Assembly (NCBI GenBank): GCA_030264375.1
Contig: JASCQW010000190.1
Coordinates: 88,464,907-88,528,906 of the forward strand
Direction: 5' to 3'
Source: Carcharhinus longimanus
Lineage: Eukaryota
DNA length: 64,000 nt
The notes under the pieces are model-generated. The model was not told the DNA's origin and ran no database searches. It saw only the letters and a program-made list of their open reading frames with translations. Positions 13,386 to 27,041 of the stretch are shown here, one piece after another. The translations under genes and the position numbers were made by a program. Position 1 is the first letter of the stretch; each line of letters starts with the position of its first letter.

Positions 13386-14284
13386 GTAAGTCTTATGGAC
13401 TGTTAATGTGGCATTGTTACAGAGACAAGAGTGAAGTTTGTGAAAGGAAGCCATCCAGCTTGCCCAAAAGACCCATTTAATAAATACACAGGAAAGTATA
13501 GCACCAAGCAATACAGAAAATGTCACCAACTTAAATCCTGGCCTGAGTCAATTAACCCAAGCTTGCATTCTAATTGCAGGACTAGAGATATCTTCAGTGC
13601 TGCTTGGCAAGGGAAGGGAAAGCCATTCTGCTCCTGATTGATCCCTGTTAACCTTTGCTGGGGTGTGTGTGTTGGATTTAGGACCTCAGTCAGTTTGACT
13701 GTCACTTCCCCCATTAACATGAAGAATATTAACTTAGCGAAATATCAGCAGTGTTCCTCGAACCGAAACTCAGAATAAGTCATTCCCTACAGAAAAGCAA
13801 AAGAAAAAAAAGAGTGGTAGACATTTATAAACCAGTCTAGAAATATAGGAATGCTGACTATTCAGTATGGCATTCCTGCCTTCTTTTGTGTGAATGTTTA
13901 TGGATTGCTGCTGTTTGTCACTGCTGCTGATCTGACAGGAATCATTGTATTTGTCTTAATTACAGTTGGACCCTGTCACATGCTACATCAGACTGGTAAA
14001 ATATTTTGTTGAAATGCATGTTGATGACCTGCTGAACATACACGTGGCAGTTGTCTTTTCAACTTGGTTAAACTCTGCTTCCATTAAGCATTTGATTTTT
14101 ACAACCATTTTCATGCTGTTTAATAAGTTACACATTGATTTTCATGATTCACTTTCAAGATGCAGAACTGTTGTTTCCCTGTGGACAGAAAATACCAAGA
14201 CAAAAGGCAGTTCTTTGAAGAAATGTCTTTTGTTATGAGATGTATAAAGAGACCTTAAACTGAAGGATCAGGGCTAGTGTTCTC

Positions 14285-14310
14285 TCCTCCTCCTCCTCCT
14301 CCTCCTCCTC

Positions 14311-14345
<35 letters not shown>

Positions 14346-14347
14346 CC
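14285..14347. repeat. (CCT)n microsatellite running into poly-C
   Basis: Read directly from the sequence. Confidence 0.95.
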
Positions 14348-16370
14348 AAGCTGGTAGCAACTCGTTCTGTTGTTTTCCACAATGGTGGATTGGCAGACAG
14401 GAAAAGACCGGAAGGTCTGTCAGGCCGGTTTCCAATGGCTGTGACGGAACCGAGGAAGTATCAGGACTACCTGTGTACCCTCCCAGATGTAATCTCTTGA
14501 AAGAAACACAGTAGAACAGATATTGAAACTCCTAGGCCAAATTGCATTGAATTTAAAGGACAGAAACGAGTCATTCAGCCCAACTAGTTGTGCCAGCATT
14601 TATGCTTCATGCATACCTTCTCACACCTTCTATCCCTAGCAGCATAACATTGATTCCTTTTTTCTTCACATATTTATCTGGCTTCTCCTTAAATACATCT
14701 ATTCTCTTTGCCTGAACTACTCCATATGCTTATGATTTCTGTACTTTGATTACTGTCAGGGTGCAGAGGTACCTCTTGAGTTTCTGATTTGGAGTTATTA
14801 ATGACTGCCTTGTATACAAGAGAAAATTCTCTTGTTGCTTTTCCCATTCTTTGAATCTCCCACTCTCTTTTACTGGATTTCCTTTGCTGATTTATTTTCC
14901 TCTAATCCAGTTTTGCCCTCCCAGTAACAATAATTAACATCTAATTCAGGTTGACATGTAGGGACATGAGTATGCCATTCAGCCCTTCTAGCCTGTTCCT
15001 TTATTCAGTGCGATCAAAGGGTTGAGTCCCCCTTTTTCAAATGGATTTGTAATCATTGATCCCCCCCTCCATCCAAATTAAAATGATACTTTCTATATGC
15101 TTCAGTTGCAAAGTGTAAATATTTTAGTAACTTTTAAGAAAATGAATAGTTACATAAAGTAATCAGTAAAACAGACATGTTTACTGTCAGAGCACATTCT
15201 TATTGTGATGTTTGACTATATCATAAAAATACTTCTTCACTTCCAGACAGGAGGACATGTTTGGCTTCATTGCTGCCAGAGCAGAAACTGAAGTTTGTTG
15301 TTGGGAAAGATAACAATTGTGCTGCTCTTTTACCATTTCTGGGTAGTAGATGGCCAAAACTGGGAATGTGTTCCTGTTATTTAAACTTTAGGAAAGAGCC
15401 ACAGGCCAGTTCTACCAGCTCCTCATCTGTTTTTCCATGTAAATTCTAAATTTAAATATACCGATAAGAGTACTTCCAAAATATTTAGTGGAAGAACATT
15501 CCAAACTTTAAGCAAAAGAGGCTAATATGCCACTGACGATATTAAATGTACAACAGCAAATCTCAGCTGTTAAAGATTCCAGCACCATCTGATCAACAAG
15601 ATGTGAAAGCTGAGTCGCAGGGTGTGACTGCGCATGGCACCAGGATATCAGCTCTAACTGCCCATCCTCAGTGATAGGTGGCAGTGACAGTAAGGGCTGA
15701 CATGTGGACGAGCGGCTTGTCCCTCTGATGGGAGGAGGAATTGTTGCTGATTTTTGTTGCCTTGATACAAACTGAAGTTACAAACAGGAGTGCCAAAACT
15801 TTTTCAGCCTGAATAATGCGGCCGTTACCACAGCATGTACTGGTTGCAATTGCTAGCTCCTTACAGCCTAAAGTTTAGCCTCACCATCTGAGACCCAGAT
15901 GTGTTCTGATCCATCTCACCCAACTCCAGCCATCTTGTATCCGCCTGACTCCCGTTACTTGGCTCCATTCTGAGTTATTGAGCATTCCCACATTATCTCA
16001 GGACCTTTGAAATCTGTATAGATGTTGAGGGGTCTGCAGGCCTCAATTTGAGGACTGTTCAATTAGATCATTGCTACTCTGTATCTTAACGTTGGTTGCA
16101 TTGGTTCTATTGCCTTTGATACTTTTGCTTACAGTTAGCCTCTAAATGATTTAAAGGTGATCACCTTGGCAAATACAAGATCGTCCAAAGTCCCAGTGAC
16201 TTTCCATGTGCAATGTTATTAGCCTCAATTAGGAAGTTGTTTACAGTACATAAAATTCCCAAGAATGGTAAACTTGTGGCCTTATAGCTAGAAATTGTAG
16301 TATAGATACCCAAAATGGGACAGTTACAAATCGCATGCTCATTTTATCTGCATTCTGTTGTATCTTTCAG

Positions 16371-18825
16371 CGACTTTCCAACGCAGTGGGATCAACTAGC
16401 TCTGCATCGTAGCTCGGATCAGAGGAGTTCATTTGGAAGCATGGACAGTCTTGACCAACCCAGTCAAAGCTGTGACCAAAGCACATGTCCTAACAAAAGA
16501 GACTCTGCCTACAGCTCATTTTCTGCCAGTTCTAACGCATCTGACTATACTCTGTCCTCATCGGTGAAAACTGATGAGTCGGCCTCCATGGACAGCATCC
16601 TACATGGCTTGGGGCCATGGCTGCCAACCAGGTACGGAGAAGCCCAGTACCTTCCAAATGGGAGTGAAGGCAGGGAGAGGGCAGCTGAAGAGCAGCTTTG
16701 TTCTCACTGTGGGAAAGCATCACCTGTCGGTGACAACATGCTTCCATGCCAAGTACATGAAGAAAATGCTGCAAGTTCTACCAAAACAGCACCTCCCCCA
16801 CCACCTGTTCGTAGAGAGAGTTTTGTGGCTGCTAAAGCTCGCTCTGCCTCTATATGTGTGACTAATTCAGAGGCATTTGCAGCAACAAACATGTTGCTTC
16901 AACCTGGAAGATGGGCTTCTGAAACCTTCCTGTCTAAGAAAGATAAAGATTCCGAGGGACAATATTATACCTGTATTCCCAAGTGCTTTACGCGCACTGT
17001 CTCACACTCAAGTAACCGAGCATCCAGCCATTGTTCAGTTGAGTGCTGCTGCTTGTTAAGACAACAACCAAGGCTTTATTGCCATTCTCACAGGCATGGT
17101 GAAAAAATTATTTCACACGAAAATACAACAATCCCTAGAAAATCCAGTCGATATTTGATGGGGCAGTTGGATTTGTACAACTTGATTGAACCATCCTTTG
17201 TTGCCAGTCAGTACCGGAGCCGGAATAAAGTGGAGCAGAATGAAAGATTGCCTTTGAATTTGCATAGGCACAGTGCACCTGAGAAGTTGTTATCGGCACA
17301 GATGCATTCACTACCTATTTCAGACTGTGGTAAAAATGGTTTGGGATCACGGTATAATCAGGAAAGTCACGAATGGGCCAACTGTATACCAATATCTCAG
17401 CAAGAACATCAATCCAACATAGAGCATCCTCATAAAACTTTAAATGAAATGGATTCTTCATTGGAAAAGCAGATGAAGGAGAACCCTTTGAGCCCTGAAT
17501 CTACAGCAAAGGGGAAGCAGCAAGAAATTGAAGAAACCACTTGCAATCACTGTTTGGATGGTCAGCTCAGTTCTCCCTCTTGCGGAGCTGAGCTGAGTAG
17601 TGTGAGTTGTAAACGGTCATCATTTCAAACTACAGACCAACAGCAAAACATACAATTGCCTTCAAGACCACCCGATCAAATGAGCGAGATTGGAAACACA
17701 TCTCCAATTAGCAATACCTTGGAAGATGAGGCAGATTTAGAAGAAACCAAAAATGAAACTGGCAGACATGCTCGGGTCTTGGGTTCTAGAGTAGCCAGAT
17801 TGCGGCGCAAAAGTGACCGTTTTGCCACAAATCTGCGGAATGAAATACAAATGAAAAAAGCTCAGTTGCAGAAGAACAGAAGTGCAACTGCATTGTTACA
17901 AATGGAAGAAACTTCAGAGGAACTGGTTGATTCAAGAGAGAAGCCATCCAGTTCCTATACTTGTAATACTGGTGAGTCTGATGTCAGTGGCACAGCAGAA
18001 GAAACCACAAATGTAATGACACAGACCACAGATTCCAATAAAACTCCGGATGATGTGGAAGAGGATTGTAAATCAGGAAGTATGTGTTTTTATCCATTGG
18101 CCTGCAGCCCCTATGTTTCACCAAACAAATGCAAAATAGGAGCTGATTCATTATCCCAAAATTTTGATGAACCAAAGACTGCTCAGGGGGTCAGTGGATA
18201 TAAGCAAAAAACTTGGGCATCTGAAGATAAAGAGGAGGTGCAAAGTAAGGTGACAAAGGAAGTTGGATCCAACGAGGTGAAATCTTGTGCAGTGGCAGTG
18301 TTAGAGGAACCAGATACCTCCCCACTGGTGTCCTTTGCAGAGAGGAGAAAATTCTTTGAAGAGACCAGTAAAGGTTTATCTGTATCTGATTCTTGCAATT
18401 TTCTGAGACTTCAGAGTAAATCGGGTACCATAGGAAAATCTAAAGGGCAGAGTCTTTCCAGTAAGCTGCATGCCTTCCCAAGTGATCGTCCGAGGCAATC
18501 CACGGAAGAAATCTTCCAACACTCCACAAGTAGAGTCAGTCAAGATTCTGAGCAATCTCCTGCTTGTTCAGCCAGAAATTTGGAGCAAGCAGTCCACCAC
18601 GGGCAAGGAGAGAAGTTACAGGAGCAGGAATGTGAAAATTTAGAGCGCCTCAAACTAAATAAATCAAGCATTTTGAAAGAACGTTGTATCTCTCATGTTC
18701 AGCAGGTGCAACACTCTGATCCAGCTCCAACACTGCGTTATCAGTATTTCCATCCAGCTAGCAATCACCTTGAAGAACCTCATCCCATTGTAAGGTCCGA
18801 CCAGCTACAGTCCTGTTTGCCTGAG
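16371..18825 (+). CDS. SHROOM4: Shroom4-like large central exon
   Basis: Inside ORF 16315..18837. Acceptor tatctttcag, donor GAG|gtagga. Motifs SSFGSMDSLD, KRDSAYSSFSASSNASD, PPPPPPVRRES, HRHSAPE, SDRFATNLRNEIQMKKAQLQK, FAERRKFFEE. Confidence 0.93.
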
Positions 18826-19659
18826 GTAGGACATTAAATTACTGGCTCATTTTAATATGTTCAATTTTTGTTGCAAGTTCATTTTCTCTGAGTCATTCAA
18901 CCTGCCTGCTCTGGCCAGATCAACACTGACCTGAGGATGCCATAAACCATCCAAGAGAAACAAATTGGCCGTTATTCTTCCCTTTCCACTGATACAAAGC
19001 ATCCTCTGGTGAAGGCTCGCCCTTTCTACAGTTTGATTGAGATCATGTTTGGCAGGGAGGGTTCAGTCAAGGGGAAGCTGTGCGAATCAACAAAGACTAA
19101 GGTGTCCATGTACATAAAAACTATCATGTCTGTCTCGTTTACATGGCAATTATTTTTAATTGCTGTACCTGTTTTATAACTGGAATATAAAGACAGCACC
19201 TTGACTGCCAACTGAAGTAATTTTAGTTAGTAGTAATGCAATTTGGAACATGACAAAGCTAACGCATAAACATTGGTTGTGTCTTGTTGAGGCAGTTTCA
19301 GGCCTTGGATGTGATGCTGAGTTTTTGGTGAAATCGGTGGAGCCTTTAGGCCCACGTTTTCATTTGAGTTGGATAGTTGGAGTTGGGAATTCTCCTGGCT
19401 CGCTATGCTCAACTCAGAAGAAACTCTTTGAATGGCAGGGTCTTCACTTCCGGAGGGTGCAAGTACCAAATGAAAGTCAGGACTCGTCGTTCTTGGCTGT
19501 AAATTGGAGGTGGCCCCAGGCTGCAAAGTGCTGAACAAGTGATTTCAAAAGCCCGCCTTAGTTCTTTGGGACTTTGTCATAATTGTTTTGTTAAATATTA
19601 AGACGCTAGATGTCACTCCTCATACCACCTTGCACCCACGCCCCCACCACCTCCCCCCC

Positions 19660-19790
19660 ACCCGCTTTGACGAAGGGTCATCCTGACTCGAAACTCTGGC
19701 TCTATTCTCTCTCCACAGATGCTGTCAGACCTGTTGAGATTTTCCAGCATTTTCTGTTTTTGTTTCAGATTCCAGCATCCGTAGTATTTT
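19660..19790 (+). mobile_element. Penelope-like terminal fragment with hammerhead-like core
   Basis: ttgacga-a-gggtc-atcct-gactc-gaaa followed by ctctccacagatgctgtcagacctgttgag...tccagca. Related copies lie near 10945-11030 (-) and 48980-49110 (+). Confidence 0.65.
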
Positions 19791-21059
19791 TCCTACTGGG
19801 CCAGACTTTTCAACTCTCATTGATACTGGAATTTTTTTTCGGAAAGGGCTGGGCATTTAAATAACTCCTTCAAGAGCACTATGATTACTCTAAAAGGTCA
19901 CAACTCCAACACTGCAGGTTAAGGCCCTTACAGAGGAAATGGGGTCTGTTTGAACTCGTCATTGGTTCAAATGCCCCTGTTGAATTTGGGTTTCCTGTGT
20001 GAGTCATGCCCCTTTCCTCTGCTGGCAGAAATGGAATCTGTCATCAATGTGTGAAGACTTCTGGATTCGTGTCCAATTTTTTTTAAGGATTAGGGAGTTT
20101 CCGGATCTCTGCAAAAGTCCAGACTATTGTGAGCAACCCTATCAGGAAAAATTCATGTGGAGATGTGCATGCCTGCACATTTTCATGCTTTCACCAGGCT
20201 TAAGTGCCATCGATTAATTATTGATCTTTTGATTTTTCCAACCTGATTGCAGGTTGTGATCACAGCCCTATATTCTAATAACTTTGTTTTCTTATCCCTA
20301 AGATTCAGAAATATTGAATAGATTGCTGGTGAGAAATACTGAATATTGCCACTCATCAATATTATTTGGACACCACATCGTCAGAAATTGGTTTTCTTTG
20401 TAGAAGAGAAAAACATTTTATGTCAAAAGAGCAACTTGCATTCCTTTCACCTTGCAAAAAAGAAAAAGCCTGTATTGGCTTTTTTTCAGGAGCTTGCAGC
20501 TTTTTCCCTTCCTCCTCCAAGGCATTCACTATGCATGAAAAATGGTTCCATGTCCTCTGGTGCATTTCCAATAATCGTGCTGTTTAAACTGCAAACAAAA
20601 CGTGACTCTTCGCACATGATGTGGCACTACAACCAAGCCCTGAATCTGTCCTTGCCCCAACATATACACATGTACTTTTCATCCAAGAATGATTAGTGCA
20701 GTCAAGGAAATGGGTTTTTGTCCTCCTTCCAATGTCCTGGATCCTGCTTGTCCTTTTAGCATACAAAACTGGATAAACAGAAACATTTACCCAAGTAAAT
20801 GTTGGGAAAACCAAAATCATTGTCTGCAGTCCTTTCTATAAACCTTGTTCCCTAGCTGCTCACTGTATCTCTGTCTCCCTCACAACTGTATGAAGCTGTT
20901 CCAAATCATTCATATGCTTTGATATTGTACTTGTCCCCAAGATGGGCCTTCAACCACACATCTAGACAGTCACTAACTACACCTCCTGTAACGTCACCTG
21001 TCCCTGCCCCTGCCTCAGTTAATCTGCTGCTGAAACCCTCATTCAATGTCTATGTAATC

Positions 21060-21890
21060 CTGAGACTGGACTATTGTAGTAATGTATTGTAATACAATAC
21101 TGTGTGAAGTTTAGATCACACAGGTTTATGAAGGGTGGAATATGGGAGGCCATAAAGGTGTCAAGGAAGAGGAATGCACGACAAATGGGAAGATAGTGAT
21201 TCGCGTGGAGGAACAGAAGAAGTTGCATTGCATGTCCAGAGATCCTTAGGGGTAGCAGGACAGGTCTAGAAGATGATTAAGAAAGCATTTGCCATGTTTA
21301 CCATTATTAGCCAAGGCATGGAATGTAAGAGCGGGGTGGTTATGCTGCAACTGTATACAACACTAATTAGACCACAGCTCGTGTACTGCAGATAATTTTG
21401 GTTACCGCGTCACAGGAATGATGTGAGTGCACTGGAGAAGGTACAGAGGAGATTAATATTGGCTGGGAAATTTTGGTGATGAGGAAAGCTTGGATAAGCT
21501 GGGTGGTTATTTTCCTTGAAAACAGAGGAGTCTGAGGGGTGACACAGTGAGGGATATACAATTATTGGAGCCTAGATAGAGGAAATAGGGACAATCATTT
21601 TACCTTATCAGAGCATCCAAAAATAGGAAGTTTAGACCTAATTAATTGTATTAAAAGTATTAGAGATGCAATGAGAAAATTTTGTTTCACCCAGTCTGTG
21701 TAGTAAAGACCCACACAGATTGTCAAGGCAGAACCCCTTCTGAAATCATGTACCAACCAACTCAAGAACAGCTTCTTCCCTGCTGCCATCAGACTTTTGA
21801 ATGGACCTATCTTATATTAATGCTGATCTTTCTCTTCACCCTACCTGTAACTGCACCCTATCCTTTCCTTCTCCCCATGTACTCTAGGAN
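21060..21890 (+). mobile_element. Old CR1 3' fragment followed by a Rex1/Babar 3' fragment (21745-21890)
   Basis: LYTTLIRPQL.YC..FW-like coding remnant, then caactcaagaacagcttcttccctgctgccatcagacttttgaatgga. Confidence 0.7.
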
Positions 21891-21989
21891 NNNNNNNNNN
21901 NNNNNNNNNNNNNNNNNNNNNNNNNNNNNNNNNNNNNNNNNNNNNNNNNNNNNNNNNNNNNNNNNNNNNNNNNNNNNNNNNNNNNNNNN

Positions 21990-22850
21990 CACTTTCCTCC
22001 TACAGTCCAAAGATGTGCGGGTTAGGTGGATTAGTCATACTAAACTGGGGTTACGTGGATAGAGGTGCAGATGCTTGGTGCAGACCCGATGGGCCAAATG
22101 GCCTCCTTCTGCACTGTAAGGATTCAATGATAGCAGCCTCTCCTCTGAATCAAGAGGTTGTCAGTTTAAGTCCCACTTCACCGTATGTGTTATTTAGGCC
22201 AACATTCCAGTGCAGTCCTGAGGGGGTGCTCTCTGGTGGAGGAGATGCCTTTCATGTTAAACATCAACTGAGGGCTCACCTGCCCTCTCTCGGTGGGGTG
22301 CTATAAAAGCTCCCACAGTGCTATTTTGAAAGAAATGAGAAGGGTGGTTCTTCCTGCTGTTGTGACCAGCTCCTATCCCTGAAGCAGCATCACTCAGATA
22401 GAGCTGTCACATTTGGTGTTTGTGGAATCTGGCTGTGTGCAAATTGGCTGCTTTGTTTCTTACATCTGAAAGGGGAGGCGTTGGCCTGGTGGTATTATCG
22501 CTAGACTATTACTCCAGAAACTCAGCTAATGTTCTTGGGGCCTGGATTCGAATCCCTTCATGGCAAATGGTGGAATTCGAATTCAATAAAAATATCTGGA
22601 ATTAAGAATCTACTGATGTCCATGAAACCATTGTTGATTGTCGGAAAAACTCATCTGGTTCACTAATGTTCCTTAGGGAAGGAAATCTGCCATCTTTACC
22701 TGGTCTGGCCTTCATGTGACTCCATAGCCACAGTGGTTGACTCTTACCGGCTCTTAGGCAACTAGGGATGAGCAATAAATGCTGGCCAACCAGTGACGCC
22801 CGTGTCCCACGAATGAACAAAAAAAGCCTTCAATGGCTTTGGATTATCAA
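21990..22850 (+). mobile_element. SINE cluster: HE1-like tail, DeuSINE/SacSINE1-like (22130-22470) and a nested tRNA-SINE (22475-22825)
   Basis: Deu-domain-like tgtttgtggaatctggctgtgtgcaaattggctgc. Box B-like ggattcgaatccc. Tail aataaatgctggcc...catcccacgaatgaac-type with an A-run. Confidence 0.7.
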
Positions 22851-22853
22851 GAT

Positions 22854-23006
22854 ATTCACCAAGCGTTGGATTGTTCACCCACTAATAGGGACCGTGAGCT
22901 GGGCTTAGAACGTTGTGAGACAGATTAGTTTTACCCTACTGCTGATAAAAGTGTTGTTGTGATGGTAAACCTGCTCAGCAACCGCAGGTCCAGACATTTG
23001 GAGTAT
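22854..23006 (+). pseudogene. 28S rRNA fragment (3' domain V/VI region)
   Basis: attcaccaagcgttggattgttcacccactaataggga.cgtgagctggg.ttaga.cgt.gtgagacag.ttagttttaccctactg...aaccgcaggt.cagacatttgg matches eukaryotic 28S as recalled, with substitutions and an internal deletion. Confidence 0.9.
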
Positions 23007-23260
23007 TTGATTTGATTTGATTTATTATTGTCACATGTATTAACATACAGTGAAAAGTATTGTTTCTTGCTCGCTACACAGACAAAGCATACCGTTCATA
23101 GACAAGGAAAGAAGAGAGTGCAGAATGTAGTGTTACAGTCATAGCTAGGGTACAGAGAAATATCAACTTAATGCAAGGTAGGTCCATTCAAAAGTCTGAC
23201 AGCAGCAGGGAAGAAGCTATTCTTGAATAGGTTGGTACGTGACCTCAGACTTTTATATCT
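23007..23260 (-). mobile_element. Rex1/Babar-type LINE 3' end
   Basis: (TTTGA)n tail. Near-identical to 30-290 and 4612-4870. Confidence 0.8.
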
Positions 23261-23799
23261 ACTTGAGGAGCCGTGATATGCATTGTTAAGAATAAAGTGC
23301 AAAAGGGTGGGTTTTGGCTGAGTAGTTCTTTGCTGCCTGACACAGACACGATGGGCCTAATGGCCTCCATCTGTGTGATCGATTTTCTGTAATTTTTATG
23401 AAAGCTCACCATTCCTTTATAACAAGCTTGGCTGGCCCTAGAGAATCATTGATGCTGAAACAAAATGGCTGAGTGGAATCTGCCTTCCTATACAAATATA
23501 TAAATAGCCTTTTGGAGCATTGTGAGACCCTTATGTGTACAGTCTGTTCTTTCAATAGGCTGTCTGAATTTGAAAAATTCCTTCTCAGTAGTAGCTGTCA
23601 AGCAGTGGAATTTCATGCGAGTCACCATGTATTTTCAGGCTGAAAGGAAATAGAATACACAAAGGAAGCCATGGCTGAGTCATGCGGGAGGGTCTCGTGA
23701 ATGCCTGACAATGAATTGCATGGATGGTAACAGAATCAGTAATACAGTTTGCATGCGGAGACTGATGTATCATCATTGAATTAAATTATTGACTTTGTA

Positions 23800-24395
23800 A
23801 ACGGTTGTTAGCACATGCGCCTTGAGTCATGAGTTTTGCGGTTCAAGTCCCACTCCAGGGCTTGAACAGAAAACTCGCAATTGATGCTCCAATGTATTGG
23901 GGAATGCTGTAATGTCGGGGTGCCATCTGTCAGATGAGACATTAAACTGAGCTGCCCGCTTGTGTCGAAGTAAAAGATCCCATGACATAATTTTGAAAAA
24001 CAGGGGCATTATCTCTGGTACTCTGGCCAATATTTCGTTGGGGAGGTGGTGGCATAGTGATATTGTCACTGGACTGAGAACCCAGAGACCTATAATAAAG
24101 ACCTGGGTACCCAGCTTCAAATCCTACCGTGAAACCATTGTCAATTGTCATAAAAACCCATCTGCTTCACCAGTATCCTTTAGGGTCATCCTTACTCATC
24201 TGTCTGGCATTATCTCCTAATAATGTGATTGACTCTGAATTGGCCACTCAGTTCAGCAGCAATTAGGGATAGGGAACGAATGCTGGCCTAGCAGTGACGC
24301 CCACATCCCATAAAATAATTCTTAAAAATTGACTGTAAAGTGCTTTGAGGCATCTGGTGATCGTGAGAAACTCTCTATAAATACAAGTCCTTTTT
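23800..24395 (+). mobile_element. DeuSINE/SacSINE1-like element interrupted by a tRNA-SINE (24045-24325)
   Basis: Head ggttcaagtcccactccag, body agatgagacattaaactgag...aaaagatcccatg. The tail gtaaagtgctttgag...tataaatacaagtc resumes after the insert. Confidence 0.7.
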
Positions 24396-25479
24396 TAAGT
24401 TGCTGCAATACGTATTTTAAGTTGAGCACCAGTCTCCCTTCCAGTGCTGCATCCGTTACATCATGGTCAAATGAACTTTTTTCTTCCCTCCCTGAACGTC
24501 ATCTCATTTAATAGCACAGACCTTTGCTGAGGTATAGATCCTTTGGTATCTGCCTCTCCCAGTCTGGATATTCTTCACCCATGAACCTGAACAGTCCATT
24601 TGACCATAGACTGAGTCAAAATGTTGTTCTCCCTGAAAGCAAGGGCCGTGAGTTAATGAGTAGTAAGAAGTTTTTTAATTTTTCTAATCTCTGTAATGCA
24701 GGGGGCATTAAGACAATTTGTTAATGGTGCTGCTGCCTATCTGGGAGCAGCCAATTAAAACTGGGTAAAGGAACTTGTCTTGCTCAGCATGATTCATTTA
24801 TGAAATGTGCCAGGAACAATAGGAATACAGTGATCTGTTTCCAATTAACTATAGACACAATATTGAAGACATTAATTCGGCATTGTTTATTTTGGGGAAG
24901 GTTATTAGTGAAAGTGTTTTTCTGCCTACCTTCATCTTACTGTCAGCAGGAATGTGTTACCAGCATCTCCAGTGCTGGGGTCTAATAGAATTAAATGCAT
25001 GGAAGTCACAACACAAACAAATTCTTTAGCCCAACCCTTCAATTTTTTTTTCTTTCATCCTGCCATCAAATCTAGTCTTAAGAATGTTGACACAATTTCT
25101 TCTGAAATCACTAGCTCTGGAAGTGAATTCCACATCCTCCATAACTTTGTACAGAAAGTAGCTTCTCCTGCATTCTGTTCCAAATTGTTTGCATTTAAGC
25201 TTTTATCAATGTTGCCCCTTGATCTTGACCATTCAACTGCTGGGAATGTTCTGCTTCTGTTTCCATATCCAGTATATCCTATAACCTGTTTTGTTCCAAT
25301 AGATAAAACTATAATTTTTCAAGAATTCTTTATATTTCTATTTCCTCAAATTGAATAGCATCCCAGTAAATCTGTGCTAACCCATATCTAAGGCCTTCAT
25401 ATCCTCAATGATGTAAGAGCTTTCAGCTTTTCAGCTTTCTGCTGATTAATTTTTATTTTTGTTTTCATTTATTTATGAG

Positions 25480-26115
25480 ATGTGAAAATCATTGGCGAGG
25501 CAAACATTTGTTGCCATCTCTAATTGCACTTAAGGTGCTGATGAGTCATCCTCTGGAATCAATACACTAAGTACATTTGGTATAATTAGGAAAGAAATTT
25601 TCAAACTTTTGGCCCAGCCACAGTGGCAGTAGGTGGTGCTTTGCTCAAAGGGCAGCTTGCAAGTGGTGGTGTTTCCCATGGATTTACTGCCTTTGCCCTT
25701 CTAGTTGGAGGTCCCTGAAGAACTGTTACAGCGAGATCCTGGGACTGAGCTGTTTGGCTTTCACCAGCTACAACCATCTTCCTTTGTGCTTGGTATGACT
25801 CCAACTGTGAAGAGTTTTTCCTTGATTTCCATTGACTTCAGTTTTGCAAGGGCTGTTTAATGCTAGGTCAAATGCTGCCTTGATGTCAAAGGCAATCACT
25901 CTCACCTAAGCTTTTGAATCAACTCTTCTGTCTTTGTTTGGAGCAAGGTTGTAATGTGGTGTGAAACCAGTGACCCCGGTGGAACCCAAACTGTGTGCTG
26001 GTGATGAGGATATTACTGTGTAAAACTAGTTAACACTGTCAATGACACCTTCTATCACTTTTCTGATGATTGGGTGTAGACCAATAGGGCAATCAGATTG
26101 GATTTGTTCTGCTGT
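25480..26115 (-). mobile_element. CR1/L2-group LINE fragments
   Basis: gtcaaatgctgccttgatgtcaaaggc is the reverse of ALDIKAAFD. Same family as 47085-48090. Confidence 0.65.
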
Positions 26116-26534
26116 TTGTGGTAGACCATACCGAAGGAATATTCCACATACTTCATTGGCACTTCATTACAACCTGTGTCCACAACAGTATGGGGAATGA
26201 TTCCTGTTAAAGTTCTGTAAATTAATACTCCAATAATGCGTGCAGAGTCTTGAGGTCCACATTTAAACATTGGGGCTTCTTCCTGGATAAGTGCAGTCAA
26301 TATGGTGCTAAGTCACATGAACTTTGGAGATACCAGTGCTGATTCCTGTTTTCCCCATCCTCGGAGAGATGGAAAACAGGGTTTCCCACTTCTAATTTCA
26401 GTGTAGTAATGTCTGTATAATTATGCAGCTGTTTGCATGTTGTGTGAAAGTGGACAAGACTGATAAGTTCCCCCATTACCATAATTGAATAACCTGCTAA
26501 TATTTGCGTCTCATGTAACCACACCCAATCTTGC

Positions 26535-26900
26535 TGAAGAGAGAGATCTGTTGCTGAAGTTTTTTATTGTGCACTCATCAGGGCAAATGCAAGAATGCCA
26601 AATTTCAAAAGGTCACAATTTATATTGGAGGAAAAGAGCATGTTGATTGGTTGGTGAGTTGAATCTCATTAACCAAGGTGTTGCAACGGGGAAATAATGG
26701 CTCCCTAAGCTCCAGGATAATTCATGAAAGTTGCAAGACTAGAACATATTCCTTTTGTTTGCTGACAGCTGTATGAATCTGCATTGTTTCCAGCAAGCAT
26801 AAATGAATCATATTATGAACTCAACTGATTATCTTAAATTGATTGTTAGTGTAATTATTAGCACAATAAGGATTGTTCAGCAAGTGCTGCCACATTGCGG
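26535..26900 (-). mobile_element. Penelope-like GIY-YIG 3' fragment
   Basis: Inverted homologue of 29510-29935, with CTGATGA on the minus strand at 26575-26581. Confidence 0.6.
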
Positions 26901-26908
26901 AAAATGAT

Positions 26909-27041
26909 GGCCTGAATTCTCCAGTTGGTCACACCCCACTGCCGCTGCCAGAAAGAAGAGTGATCTGGCACTCAGGCAAATCCGATTCACTGTAGCGGGA
27001 TCAGAGAATCCTGGCTGCAGGCAAGGTCGGAGAGTCTGGCC
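26909..27041. mobile_element. Small MITE-like element
   Basis: Imperfect terminal inverted repeats ggcctgaattctcc / ggagagtctggcc around a GC-richer interior. Confidence 0.4.

Noticed and set aside
16315-16370. ATG start of the 840-aa ORF
   Set aside because: It is intronic read-through upstream of the acceptor at 16370. Shroom homology begins at 16371.
22854-23006. Functional rRNA gene
   Set aside because: It is short, mutated, lacks the sarcin-ricin loop and has no rDNA unit context.
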